Assembly: GCA_021648525.1 (NCBI GenBank)
Contig: JAKISP010000011.1
Coordinates: forward strand, 9,308-73,307
Source: Gammaproteobacteria bacterium
GTDB lineage: Bacteria > Pseudomonadota > Gammaproteobacteria > SZUA-140
DNA length: 64,000 nt
Direction: 5' to 3'
Position numbers and translations under genes: made by a program. Each line of letters begins with the position of its first letter. Within the stretch, counting starts at the first letter, position 1. Shown here one piece after another: positions 1 to 11,472 of the stretch. The notes beneath the pieces are model-generated. The model did no database searches, was not told the origin of the DNA, and saw only the letters and a program-made list of their open reading frames with translations.

Positions 1-559
1 GGTCACTGCGATCTTTGAGGGAGCCATTTTCCAGTTGTAGTGCCTGATGGGCTCGCTCTAACTGGCGAGTCTGTTCTCTGAGAGATGTGTTTTCACTATC
101 GAGTGTGAGTGCATTTGATGAGATGCTGCGCACGCGTGCAAATTCTTTAGACTGTTTTTCGTTGTCAGCGCTCAGTTTGTTAGTTTTGTTGTTTAGCGCG
201 CTATGTTTACGGGTTAATTCAGAAAATTTGTCATTAAGCACTCTGTTTTCTGATTTGATACGCGCCAGCTGTTTTTCGTTAGCCGCAAGGCGTTCACGCG
301 CACTACGTTGCTGCTCCAGGTAACGGGTGATGACCCACCCCTGGCTGCCATTTTTGAGGCGAACCTGAGAATAACCTGAATCGGTATTTGTCTGGATCAG
401 TTCGAGCTGGGTGCCGCTGCTGAGCATGCGCAGGATCTTGTGCTGATTACTTTCACCGCTGCGCATGGTGATCTCAAGGCGATCGGTGATGTAGCGTGTT
501 TCCGCATAGGCCGCAGTGGTGGCGACGCTGATAAGTAAAAAAATGACGATTTTTTTCAC
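1..559 (-). CDS. SH3 type-3 domain protein (TIGR04211/YgiM-like), partial, runs off the left edge; missing from the ORF track
   Basis: Manual translation from GTG 559 (SD AAGGA upstream): MKKIVIFLLISVATTAAYAETRYITDRLEITMRSGESNQHKILRML...GWVITRYL, i.e. signal peptide, SH3b domain, then coiled coil. Frame is open to position 1. Confidence 0.8.
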   Translation of the reverse strand, partial: MKKIVIFLLISVATTAAYAETRYITDRLEITMRSGESNQHKILRMLSSGTQLELIQTNTDSGYSQVRLKNGSQGWVITRYLEQQRSARERLAANEKQLARIKSENRVLNDKFSELTRKHSALNNKTNKLSADNEKQSKEFARVRSISSNALTLDSENTSLREQTRQLERAHQALQLENGSLKDRSD

Positions 560-616
560 AATCGGTCCTTAAATTTTAATGGATAATATTAATCTGGTTT
601 GTTATGGCGATGAGCA

Positions 617-653
617 TAGCGCTTATCCGTTAGCGCTTATCCGTTAGCGCTTA
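617..653. repeat. 14-bp tandem repeat (TAGCGCTTATCCGT x2.6) spanning the vanZ-family stop codon
   Basis: Units read directly at 617-630, 631-644 and 645-653 (partial). Confidence 0.9.
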
Positions 654-1068
654 CCTGTTGTCCGCGGTAAAAGTACACCGCAAGACTGGCGCCTAGCATA
701 TCAAGCATGACGTCTAAAAAGGAAGTATCTCGTCCAGGAGTGAAGCTTTGATGCCATTCATCGCTCACGCCATAGATTGCGGTCAAACAGAAGGCGAGTA
801 TCAGGCGCTTATTTAGCGTTATATTCCATGCAGTGAGTGACCAGCACCAGAGCCACGCGAGTAATGCAAATAGCGGTACATGCGCGCCATTGTAGATGAT
901 CGCTTTGATGGTGCCTGTGATCGGATCGACAGTTGCGGGTGAACCATCACCCTGAATGGAAGAAAGCAAAAAGATCACACCCATATAAAGGAATGGCAGA
1001 GCCAGGCACGCGCGTGGTACAGACATGGTGTGGATTTGATGCGACAGCTGTCGCACGTGGCTGATCAT
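637..1068 (-). CDS. VanZ family membrane protein
   Basis: Motifs AHVPLFALL, YGVSDEWHQSFTPGRDTSFLDVMLD; overlaps the purN stop. Confidence 0.85.
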   Translation of the reverse strand: MISHVRQLSHQIHTMSVPRACLALPFLYMGVIFLLSSIQGDGSPATVDPITGTIKAIIYNGAHVPLFALLAWLWCWSLTAWNITLNKRLILAFCLTAIYGVSDEWHQSFTPGRDTSFLDVMLDMLGASLAVYFYRGQQVSANG

Positions 1069-1729
1069 CTGATATCCGAATACTGTATCGGGTGGGTGAG
1101 TGGCTTTTGGTCAAAATGTACGTTACCTGCGGTGGTGCTGAGCCGTCCTTCGGCAAACCAGCGAATCGCAAGGGGGTAGATCTGGTGTTCCTGACGATAG
1201 ACGCGTTTGGCCAGTGATTGTGCATCATCATTGGGCAGTAACGGCACGCTGCTCTGCAGAATCACCGGGCCGCCATCGAGTTCATTGGTGACAAAATGAA
1301 TCGAGGCACCATGTTTTGCCACGTTAGCATCGAGCGCGCGCTGGTGGGTATTGAGACCTGGGAAAGCGGGTAGCAGCGATGGATGAATGTTTAGCATTCG
1401 TCCCTGATAGTGATTGACAAATGCATTGCCCAGGATGCGCATATAGCCTGCTAGTACTATCAGTGCTGGCTGATGTTGATCGATTGATGTTTGCAGTTCA
1501 TCCTCGTATTCTGCGCGGTTATTGAAGGCCCTGTGGTCAACTACCTCGGTGGAAATGTTGGCCGCGCGTGCTCGCTCAAGGCCATAGGCATCGGGACGAC
1601 TACTAATCACGGCGCGGATTTCGACCGGCAGGTCATCATGTTGAACCGCGTCAATAATTGCCTGTAAATTGCTACCATTGCCTGAAATCAGCACTACAAC
1701 TGGTAGTGCTACTGCGTGCTGGTGATTGC

Positions 1730-1733
<4 letters not shown>
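1065..1733 (-). CDS. purN: Phosphoribosylglycinamide formyltransferase
   Basis: [38 protein letters not shown]; downstream of purM. Confidence 0.97.
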
Positions 1734-2803
<1,070 letters not shown>

Positions 2804-2965
2804 GGATCGGTTAACTTTGGCTATGATTTGGGTAAATTTGTTGGAGCACTGCCCCGGGCGCTATTCTAACGCAAATTTATGTGCCATGCTCGTGGCCTTG
2901 CAGCAGAAACCTTCCGTGAGTGCAATCTTTGTGGAAGGTCTCGATAGACTGATACAATAAAACCT

Positions 2966-4183
2966 ATGATTGAAATTTTTAGCAGAGTCACTTTCCATGC
3001 CGCATATTCGATGCGGGCAGTGCAGCGACCCACTGATGCGCCTGGATTGGCGTGGTTGCGCCTGTTGTTTTTTCCTGGTTGCTGTTTTTTTGCACTGATT
3101 TTCTCGTTGAGTAGCCACGCCGCAGAGGTTGATGGGCTGTACGAGACTGAGGTGCTGGTGACCAGTCAGGCTCGTGATGAGCGCAATGAGGCGATCAGGG
3201 CTGCCCTGGATGAAGTGCTGGTACGTGTGAGTGGTGATCGCAACACGCCGCGCCGGGAGGCACTGAGAGGGCTTTATAAGCGTTCGTTGCAGTTGGTGCA
3301 GCAATATCGTTACCGTGCTTTGCCGCGACGCGCCGGCGCGCATGGCGAGTTGCCCGGCGGACTGACGCAAGTGTTGTGGGTCAGCTTTGACCCGGCCGCG
3401 ATTGATCAGGCGCTGCGCAGGGCGGCCGTGCCGCTGTGGGGGCAGGTGCGCCCGGCAACATTGGTCTGGGTGGCGATGGATGATGGCGGGGTGCGCTCTT
3501 TGATGGGAGGCGATACCTTGCCGCAAGTGAAGCAGGTGATGCAGCAGCAGGCGCAGCGCCGTGGGTTGCCACTGTTTGTGCCGTTGTGGGATTTAGAGGA
3601 TCAAATAGCGCTGCGCTTTACCGATGTCTGGGGTAATTTCCAGGATGCTATCTTGAGGGGTTCGTCACGTTACGCGACGGAAGCGATTCTGGTTGGGAGG
3701 TTGTTTCATCAAAGTGATGGTATCTGGAAATCACGCTGGACCCTGTACCAGGGAGGAGAAGCGGCACACTGGCAGGCGAGTTCACCGTTGCAGGCTGAAG
3801 TATTGTCGGCCGGTGTGGATGGCGTGGCGGATCATCTTGGGCGCCGTTTTGCCAAAGTGTTTGATGAATCGCAGAGTGTCCGTCTCAAAGTGGCGGTGAA
3901 AGATGTACTTTCACTGGAAGACTATGCGCGCACATCTCAGTTTTTACAGTCGCTCGATGAAGTGACTTCAATGCAGGTGGATAGTCTGGTTGATGAAACG
4001 GTGACGTATGATTTACTGGTGCGAGGAAACAGCGAAGGGCTGGCACAGACGATTAGCTTTGGGCGCACGCTAGTGGAAGTCCCGGCGGTGATCAATGTTG
4101 ATGCAGGCGATGGTTTACAGACACCATCATGGGAAACAGTGGACGAGGCATATGATCAGTTGTGGTATCGCCTGTTGCCATGA
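2966..4183 (+). CDS. DUF2066 domain protein
   Basis: LYETEVLV...ALDEVLVRVSG, WGQVRPATLVW, PLWDLED; in the usual position divergent from purM. Start uncertain. Confidence 0.8.
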   Translation: MIEIFSRVTFHAAYSMRAVQRPTDAPGLAWLRLLFFPGCCFFALIFSLSSHAAEVDGLYETEVLVTSQARDERNEAIRAALDEVLVRVSGDRNTPRREALRGLYKRSLQLVQQYRYRALPRRAGAHGELPGGLTQVLWVSFDPAAIDQALRRAAVPLWGQVRPATLVWVAMDDGGVRSLMGGDTLPQVKQVMQQQAQRRGLPLFVPLWDLEDQIALRFTDVWGNFQDAILRGSSRYATEAILVGRLFHQSDGIWKSRWTLYQGGEAAHWQASSPLQAEVLSAGVDGVADHLGRRFAKVFDESQSVRLKVAVKDVLSLEDYARTSQFLQSLDEVTSMQVDSLVDETVTYDLLVRGNSEGLAQTISFGRTLVEVPAVINVDAGDGLQTPSWETVDEAYDQLWYRLLP

Positions 4184-4376
4184 GCCTGAGTCACGTCATT
4201 ACGGTGTTGCGCGTGCTATTAGTATTGCCGGTGACCGCTCTCTGAATGGGTGGTTGATGGCATGATCTATTTGTACAGGTGATCACTAATTAAGTGGCGC
4301 CGGATATGTGTGGGTCTGGGGGCGACGTACGATGGTTGCACATGTTGAAAATAATCAGAACAGAAGTGATGGATGA
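4180..4376 (+). pseudogene. Internally deleted CDP-alcohol phosphatidyltransferase (PgsA-like) remnant
   Basis: ATG overlaps the DUF2066 TGA (ATGA) and reads MSLSHVITVLRVLLVLPVTAL*. A 3' fragment reads WVVDGMIYL.. / SGAGYVWVWGRR...DG*, and its TGA overlaps the AI-2E ATG. The catalytic DxxDG..D core is absent. Confidence 0.65.
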
Positions 4377-5536
4377 TGGCTGAAGCGCAGAAGTGGTGGA
4401 TATTAATGTTGGTGGCAGGCAGCGGTGTGCTGCTCTACCTGCTAGCACCTGTGTTGACGCCTTTTTTGATTGCTGGGCTGCTCGCCTATATGGGACATCC
4501 CTTTGTGGTGCGTCTTGAGCAGCGAGGTTTTTCCCGTAACAACTCAACGTTAACGGTCTTTAGTGTCATCTCATTGCTGGTGTTAATGCTGCCGATTGTG
4601 ATTATTCCTTTGTTGGAGCGCCAGGTCGGTGTCTTTGTGAGTAACTGGCCGGGTTATGTCGACTGGGTTCAGCGGGTCGCCTTGCCATGGGCTCAGGAGC
4701 ATATTGGTTTTGGCGAACAGACCCTTAATCTGGACCTGTTAAAACAGGCCTTTGTTGATCATTGGCGTCAGGTTGGTGGCACGGCGATTGGTCTGGTTGC
4801 GGTGGTCTCTAAGTCAGGGCTGGCGGTACTGGAGTGGGTGGCTAACCTGGTGCTGATTCCGGTTGTTACCTTTTATCTGTTGCGTGACTGGGGTGATCTG
4901 ATTGAACATCTTCGTTCGTTGCTGCCCCGAGCGGCTGAACCAAAGGTTTATCGCGTGACGATGGATTGTGATGAAGTACTCGGTACCTTTATGCGGGGCC
5001 AGTTATCCGTGATGTTGGCGCTAACGGTGATCTACACTGTAGGGTTGTGGATGGTGGGGCTTGATCTTGCTTTCCTGATTGGGCTACTGGCGGGTATCGT
5101 TAGTTTTGTCCCCTATCTTGGTTTGATTGTGGGTATTCTGGTTGCCGGTATTGCATCGATTGTGCAGGTGCATGATCTTTCGCTATTACTGTTTGTGATT
5201 GCAGTCTTTGGTGTCGGGCAGCTACTGGAAGGCTTTGTGTTAACCCCGTGGCTGGTGGGTGAGCGGATTGGCCTGCATCCTGTGATGGTGATTTTTTCTG
5301 TGATGGCAGGCGGGCAGTTATTCGGTTTTTTCGGTATCTTACTGGCACTGCCAGTGTCTGCTGTATTGGTGGTGTTGTTGCGTTACGCCCATGATCAATA
5401 CCTTGACAGCAGTATTTATGGCGCGGATGAGGTGGTGGAGACTCATGTTGCTGTGGTCTCTGAAACGATAGACGAAGCGGTTGTAGGGGCGACAGAAGCG
5501 ACTGTTTCTGACGTGCCAAAAAACAGGACAGAGTAG
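4373..5536 (+). CDS. AI-2E family transporter (PerM-like)
   Basis: Multi-TM protein with LTPFLIAGLLAY, FYLLRDW, FVPYLG, QLLEGFVLTPWLVGERIGLHP. Confidence 0.93.
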   Translation: MMAEAQKWWILMLVAGSGVLLYLLAPVLTPFLIAGLLAYMGHPFVVRLEQRGFSRNNSTLTVFSVISLLVLMLPIVIIPLLERQVGVFVSNWPGYVDWVQRVALPWAQEHIGFGEQTLNLDLLKQAFVDHWRQVGGTAIGLVAVVSKSGLAVLEWVANLVLIPVVTFYLLRDWGDLIEHLRSLLPRAAEPKVYRVTMDCDEVLGTFMRGQLSVMLALTVIYTVGLWMVGLDLAFLIGLLAGIVSFVPYLGLIVGILVAGIASIVQVHDLSLLLFVIAVFGVGQLLEGFVLTPWLVGERIGLHPVMVIFSVMAGGQLFGFFGILLALPVSAVLVVLLRYAHDQYLDSSIYGADEVVETHVAVVSETIDEAVVGATEATVSDVPKNRTE

Positions 5537-5551
5537 TTCTCTTTCAGACGT

Positions 5552-6265
5552 ATGGCAAAACAGTTACCCCTGAGTATTCGGTTGCGTGATCATGCAACCT
5601 TTGAGAATTTTTCCCTTGCAGATAACCAGCAACTGGTGACCACGCTGCAACGTGCTATGGCACCTGATGGTGATACTACGCCGCTTTATCTGTGGGGCGT
5701 TTCAGGTTGCGGTAAGTCTCATTTGATGCAGGCTGCGTGTCATCAAATGGCGGCTCGTGCTGAAGTGGCGGTTTACTTGCCATTGCGAGATTATCAGATG
5801 TTTTCGCCTGAGATACTGGATGGAATGGAATCCCTCGCGTTGGTTTGCCTGGATGATATTGAGGCGATTTCTGGGCTGCGAGAATGGGAAGAGGCGATCT
5901 TTCATCTCTATAACCGGATGCAGAGTGATGGGGTGCTGTTGGTTGTTGCTGCTAATACAACACCGCAAGGTTTGGCGTTAGTGCTACCTGATTTAGCCAC
6001 TCGACTGGGTTGGGGGTTAGTGTTTCAGCTCAATGAGCTGGATGATGAGCAGAAGGTGGTGGCGTTACAGGCGCGAGCAAAGGCGATCGGGATGCAGATG
6101 AATGATGATGTGGCGCGTTACCTTTTTAGCCGTACCCGGCGCGATATGCACTCACTGTTTTCACTGCTCGAAGCGCTTGATCATGCGACACTGGTGGCGC
6201 AGCGTCGCTTGACCATCCCTTTTTTGAAGGAATTTTTAGCACGCGACTTAACGCCACCTTCCTGA
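5552..6265 (+). CDS. hda: DnaA regulatory inactivator Hda
   Basis: N-terminal QLPL clamp-binding motif, ATFENF, WGVSGCGKSHL, LPDLATRL, LTIPF. Confidence 0.95.
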   Translation: MAKQLPLSIRLRDHATFENFSLADNQQLVTTLQRAMAPDGDTTPLYLWGVSGCGKSHLMQAACHQMAARAEVAVYLPLRDYQMFSPEILDGMESLALVCLDDIEAISGLREWEEAIFHLYNRMQSDGVLLVVAANTTPQGLALVLPDLATRLGWGLVFQLNELDDEQKVVALQARAKAIGMQMNDDVARYLFSRTRRDMHSLFSLLEALDHATLVAQRRLTIPFLKEFLARDLTPPS

Positions 6266-6285
6266 GGTTTCGCTGAATACTTTCA

Positions 6286-7228
<943 letters not shown>

Positions 7229-7288
7229 GTGTGGCTTCCCCTGAATGGTTCGTTATTTCTGATAGCGCTTATTCTAACGCGCCTTTTC

Positions 7289-7317
7289 TTGACAGCCTAC
7301 AGGGTGAGGGTGATAAT
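7289..7317 (+). promoter_or_regulatory. sigma70-type promoter for the DUF4398 / yihY genes
   Basis: TTGACA-17 bp-GATAAT. Confidence 0.6.
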
Positions 7318-7395
7318 TTCTCTTTAAGGTATGTTCGATTAGCGTTGAACTGTGGTGGTTTCTCTTTGTTCAACAACGTGTTACCGGTGGTGGCT

Positions 7396-7857
7396 ATGGC
7401 GGTGTGCTTTTTGAAAAAAATAAATTATCTATTCACGTTCTGGGTGGTGCTATTGGCCGGGTGTGCCAGCGCGCCGACACAGGAGATGAGTGACGCACGT
7501 CAGGCAGTGAGCGCCGCGCATGATGTTGGGGCGGCGGAGCATGCCAGTGAAAATGTCCAGCAAGCTGAACAGTTGCTAGATAAGGCGGAGCGTGAACTGG
7601 AACAGGGTGATTTTGGCGGTGCACGTGAAGATGCTGAGGCGGCCAGGGCTGAGGCGATTAAAGCGCAGGATATTGCGCAGGTGATGAGTGCGGCCAAGCT
7701 GGTGTTACAGTATGCTTCTCAGCGCGGCGTATTATCTAATGATGCCGCCACACTTTTTGATCAGGCGAGACTTGCTGTCGATGAAAATAGAGTACATGAA
7801 GCGATTCGCCTGGCCAACAAGGCGCGCCATCAGGCCGAACAAGATTTGAATCATTAA
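7396..7857 (+). CDS. DUF4398 domain lipoprotein
   Basis: Lipobox LAGC followed by ASAPTQEMSDARQAVSAAH..GA; helical. ORF-track start at 7177 overlaps arsC and is unlikely. Confidence 0.75.
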   Translation: MAVCFLKKINYLFTFWVVLLAGCASAPTQEMSDARQAVSAAHDVGAAEHASENVQQAEQLLDKAERELEQGDFGGAREDAEAARAEAIKAQDIAQVMSAAKLVLQYASQRGVLSNDAATLFDQARLAVDENRVHEAIRLANKARHQAEQDLNH

Positions 7858-7886
7858 TAACCCTTTAATTTTGTATTTCATAAACC

Positions 7887-8741
7887 TTGAATACTAACCC
7901 TGGCCGAGTGCGTATTACCTTTCTTTTTTTACGCTACTTAGGTGGGCGTTTTATGGAAGATAACTGCACGCGTACGGCAGCCGCTTTAAGTTACACCACA
8001 TTGTTATCATTAGTGCCACTGCTGGCGGTAGTCTTTTCAATTCTCGCATTTTTCCCGCTATTTTCTTCGCTGATCGATGATATTCAGGGCTATATTTTTA
8101 GTAATTTTGTACCCGCTTCTAATGATCAACTACAACTGCATTTTCAGCAGTTTATTGAGACAGCGGCGAGCAGTGGTGGGGTTGGCCTGATGTTTCTCAT
8201 GCTTACCTCTCTGATGTTGATGAACACCATTAACATTGCGTTAAATGATATCTGGCATGTTAAACCTGAGCGTCATTTCTTTTCGGCATTACTGATTTAT
8301 GGCGGGGTGCTATTGTTATCGTCTATTTTATTCGCAGCCAGTCTATTGCTGACATCATATGTTGTCTCATTGCCATTAATTTCCGAAGGTGGCGGGGCGA
8401 TTACAGGGATTAAAAACAGCGTATTAATGATCGCCCCGGTTGCAGTCACCGTGATGGCGCTTTTACTCTTTTATGTGGTGGTGCCAAACTGCAAAGTTTC
8501 ATGGCGAGTGGGAATGGTATCCGCATTGCTTGCGGCGCTGTTATTTGAATTGGCAAAAAAGGGCTTTGCCTGGTACGTATTGGCATTTCCCTCGTATACC
8601 GTTATCTACGGCGCACTGGCTGTGATACCGGTGTTTCTTGTCTGGATCTATGTATCGTGGTTGGTGGTGTTGCTGGGTGCTGAGTTTTCTCGTTGCCTGA
8701 CGACCTTTGAACAAGACCATCGAGATGGCAAGGTCACATGA
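7887..8741 (+). CDS. YihY/BrkB family inner membrane protein
   Basis: AAALSYTTLLSLVPLL, NDIWHV, FELAKKGF, IYGALAVIPVFLVWIY. Confidence 0.92.
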   Translation: MNTNPGRVRITFLFLRYLGGRFMEDNCTRTAAALSYTTLLSLVPLLAVVFSILAFFPLFSSLIDDIQGYIFSNFVPASNDQLQLHFQQFIETAASSGGVGLMFLMLTSLMLMNTINIALNDIWHVKPERHFFSALLIYGGVLLLSSILFAASLLLTSYVVSLPLISEGGGAITGIKNSVLMIAPVAVTVMALLLFYVVVPNCKVSWRVGMVSALLAALLFELAKKGFAWYVLAFPSYTVIYGALAVIPVFLVWIYVSWLVVLLGAEFSRCLTTFEQDHRDGKVT

Positions 8742-8751
8742 TATGACTGAT

Positions 8752-10128
8752 TTAAATGGGCAGATAGATCTGAATTAACGCGCCGCCAAGTGGTGACTGT
8801 TTGATCTTTAGTTCGCCTTCGTAGAGATTCACAATATCGCTAACGAGAGAGAGGCCGAGTCCATGACCGGTGATCTCTTCTTCGCTTCTGCGCCAGCCAC
8901 GCTGTACGACTTTATCTGACAGTGCCTGTGAGATGCCTGGGCCGTCATCGGCCACTTCAATCAAGAGTCGTCTTGTTCGGTTGTGGTGTGGTCTGTTGTT
9001 TTCGAGTGAAAGAGAGACATCAACACGCCCTTTACACCATTTGTAGCCATTGTCGACCAGGTTGCCAAGTAGTTCCATCAAATCGCCTTCTTCGATGTGA
9101 AGTTCGAGTGTTGAACTGACATCAAGGTTCCCCTGTACTTTTTTATCGGCATAGACCTTATCGAGCGCAGAGATCACTTTATTAGCGATACGCTCTGGAT
9201 TAATGGGTGCCGTTAAGGCGGTGCGCCCAGAGGTGGCGGCGCGTTGCAGTTGATATTGCACAATTTGATCCATGCGCTCAATCTGCTCCTCCGTGGTTTT
9301 TCGTAGGGTTTCTATGGATGTGGTGGGTATTTCAATTGCGCCACGCAGGACTGCTAGCGGTGTTTTCAGGCTATGTGCAAGGTCACCCAGGCTGGCGGTA
9401 TAGCGTGTTTCATGCTCGCTGTTGATTCGTATCAGTGCGTTGATGTTGTTGGTCAGGCCGCTGAGTTCCCTGGGGTAGAGGCCCTCGATCTCTTTGTGCA
9501 TGCCTGCTTCAATCTCGCCAATCTCTTTGGCTGCCTTGCGCAGCGGTGATAGCCCCCAGCGCAGAATGAGTGTTAGCATTAATAGTAATACAATGGTTAC
9601 CCCGCCCAGTGATACCCAGAGGTTATGGCGAAAGTTTTTTATTTGCTGATTGACCTTCTTAAGATCTTCGATGACGACAAATGTGTAGCCCTGGTTTGTT
9701 GTGTCATGCTCACCCCAGGTTAACCCAATACTGAGAGAAAGCAGCGAGTCGCCTGATGCAGAAACGATGCGTTCAAATTTTTGATCACCGCGTGAATAGC
9801 CATCATGTGACGCGATTTCCATGCCGATCATCGAAGGTGAAGACCATGGGATCTCTCCACTATTTTTAATGATTTTTGCATAAAGCCCAGATCCCTGCAT
9901 GAAAAAGCGAGGTTCAGGTAGTTCATAGATCATGCGAATTTCACCCTGGTCATTTTCGTCGAGCGAGGCGATCAAGACGCTGAGGTGGATCATCATTCGT
10001 TCTTTGAGTGCATCCTCTGCGGTAACGCTATAAGTACGTTCAAGGGTGATGCCGGTGATGCTGAGAAAGCCTGCCAGAATAAAACCGGCAGCGACGAGCA
10101 TGCGGGTGTTAATCGAAGGGGGTGTCAT
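8752..10128 (-). CDS. PhoQ-like sensor histidine kinase
   Basis: Two TM helices, HAMP (GLYPRELSGL), H-box DLAHSLKTPL, N-box GNLVDN, DDGPG, GHGLGL. Confidence 0.93.
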   Translation of the reverse strand: MTPPSINTRMLVAAGFILAGFLSITGITLERTYSVTAEDALKERMMIHLSVLIASLDENDQGEIRMIYELPEPRFFMQGSGLYAKIIKNSGEIPWSSPSMIGMEIASHDGYSRGDQKFERIVSASGDSLLSLSIGLTWGEHDTTNQGYTFVVIEDLKKVNQQIKNFRHNLWVSLGGVTIVLLLMLTLILRWGLSPLRKAAKEIGEIEAGMHKEIEGLYPRELSGLTNNINALIRINSEHETRYTASLGDLAHSLKTPLAVLRGAIEIPTTSIETLRKTTEEQIERMDQIVQYQLQRAATSGRTALTAPINPERIANKVISALDKVYADKKVQGNLDVSSTLELHIEEGDLMELLGNLVDNGYKWCKGRVDVSLSLENNRPHHNRTRRLLIEVADDGPGISQALSDKVVQRGWRRSEEEITGHGLGLSLVSDIVNLYEGELKIKQSPLGGALIQIYLPI

Positions 10129-10802
10129 GGATTGTTGATATTGAAGCGATACCCTCGACCTCTCAGGGTTTCGATCGGTTTTATTGCGTTGTCTGGATCA
10201 AGCTTACGTCGCAGGCGTCCCACAAACACTTCAATTACATTGCTGTCGCGATCGTAGTCCTGCGCGTAGATATGTTCAGTCAGGACTGTTTTGGAAATCA
10301 CCTGTCCTGCATGTAGCATCAAGTATTCCAGTACCTTGAATTCATAGGCGGTCAGATCGAGCAGGGTATCGTTTAGCATGACCTCCTGGCTGGTGGTATT
10401 GAGCGCAATGGGGCCTGAGGTGATGGTGGGTTGAGAAAGCCCGGCTGCACGACGTAGCAGCGCCTTGATGCGCGCTTCAAGCTCTTCTATATGGAAAGGT
10501 TTTACCAGGTAGTCATCGGCGCCTGCTTCGAGCCCTTCGACCTTATCCTGCCAGCGACCACGTGCAGTGAGGATCAGTATCGGAAAGCCTTTGCCCAGTT
10601 CTCTCAAACTGCGAATCATATCGATACCGGACATGTGAGGTAGTCCAATGTCGACCACTGCGACGTCAATGGGGAACTCTTTACCGATGTATTTACCCTC
10701 TTCGCCATTTTCAGCAACGTCGACGGCATAACCAGCATCGGTCAAACGTTGATGGAGTTGTTGGCGTAGTGCCTCTTCATCTTCAACTATTAAAACGCGC
10801 AC
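10125..10802 (-). CDS. OmpR/PhoP-family response regulator
   Basis: LIVEDE, VVDIGLP, GADDYLVKPF, winged helix IETLRGRGYRF; overlaps the kinase start. Confidence 0.95.
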   Translation of the reverse strand: MRVLIVEDEEALRQQLHQRLTDAGYAVDVAENGEEGKYIGKEFPIDVAVVDIGLPHMSGIDMIRSLRELGKGFPILILTARGRWQDKVEGLEAGADDYLVKPFHIEELEARIKALLRRAAGLSQPTITSGPIALNTTSQEVMLNDTLLDLTAYEFKVLEYLMLHAGQVISKTVLTEHIYAQDYDRDSNVIEVFVGRLRRKLDPDNAIKPIETLRGRGYRFNINNP

Positions 10803-10884
10803 AATCGATATCAGCCATTATAGATTGGGAAGCTTAAGCATACCCGGAAGGCGGTGGGAGAGGTAGTAGAAATAGAAGGGAAGT

Positions 10885-10924
10885 AAAAAACCCGGCCTTA
10901 AAGGGTGTTGGGGGGAAGACCGGG
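10885..10924 (-). terminator. Intrinsic terminator after cytochrome c
   Basis: On the minus strand CCCGGTCTT ... AAGGCCGGG followed by TTTTTT. Confidence 0.6.
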
Positions 10925-10954
10925 ATAAAGGAAAGCGTAATCGCTACCTTTTTC

Positions 10955-11263
10955 TTATAGTCCGAGGATAAAGTCGGCCAGTATTTCGATGTTTGCATCA
11001 GAAACACGTGGTGAGTATGGAGGCATTGGAACGCCGCCAGTGACAGCAGTCCAGTTACCTTTGCCACCTTTTGTGATGGTGGTAATCAGGCGAGCACGAT
11101 CAGCGCCACTGGCAGCAACATCTTTCCATGCTGGCCCAACAACTTTTTTGTCAACACTGTGACATGCCAGGCAGCCACTCTTTTTAGCCAGGTCAAGATC
11201 GGCCATTGCAGGTGCAGCAACGAGTGCTGAAGCCAGTACGGCAGCGGTAATAATACTTTTCAT
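10955..11263 (-). CDS. Periplasmic class I cytochrome c (c551/c552-like)
   Basis: Sec signal peptide, CLACH haem motif, VVGPAW, axial Met in PMPP. Confidence 0.93.
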   Translation of the reverse strand: MKSIITAAVLASALVAAPAMADLDLAKKSGCLACHSVDKKVVGPAWKDVAASGADRARLITTITKGGKGNWTAVTGGVPMPPYSPRVSDANIEILADFILGL

Positions 11264-11388
11264 GATTTTCTCCTCAGTTTAAATAAATAGACATAATAGA
11301 CTTTCAAAAAAGACGAAAAACAGAATCGCCTTTTAGTATGACCCCGTCCCCCAGGGTCTAGATATCCTGTCTCTAGAAATCACGATAG

Positions 11389-11414
11389 CTGAATGAAGCT
11401 GAATAAATCCTGAA
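11389..11414. promoter_or_regulatory. Three CTGAA direct repeats at 10-11 bp spacing, candidate OmpR-family binding box
   Basis: CTGAA at 11389, 11399 and 11410, upstream of the cytochrome c gene. Confidence 0.4.
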
Positions 11415-11472
11415 CGAAACTAAAGCTGTTAGCCTGTTGAAATGCAGAGTAATTTTTTTACCTGATGAAATA

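Noticed and set aside
87-323. 78-aa plus-strand ORF
   Set aside because: Antisense shadow of the SH3-domain gene, which has a recognisable domain, SD and signal peptide.
617-653. Short repeat considered as CRISPR or REP
   Set aside because: Units are directly adjacent with no spacers and only 14 bp long. The CGGATAAGCG similarity to REP cores lacks the GTAG foot and palindrome partner. No CRISPR array was seen anywhere in the window.
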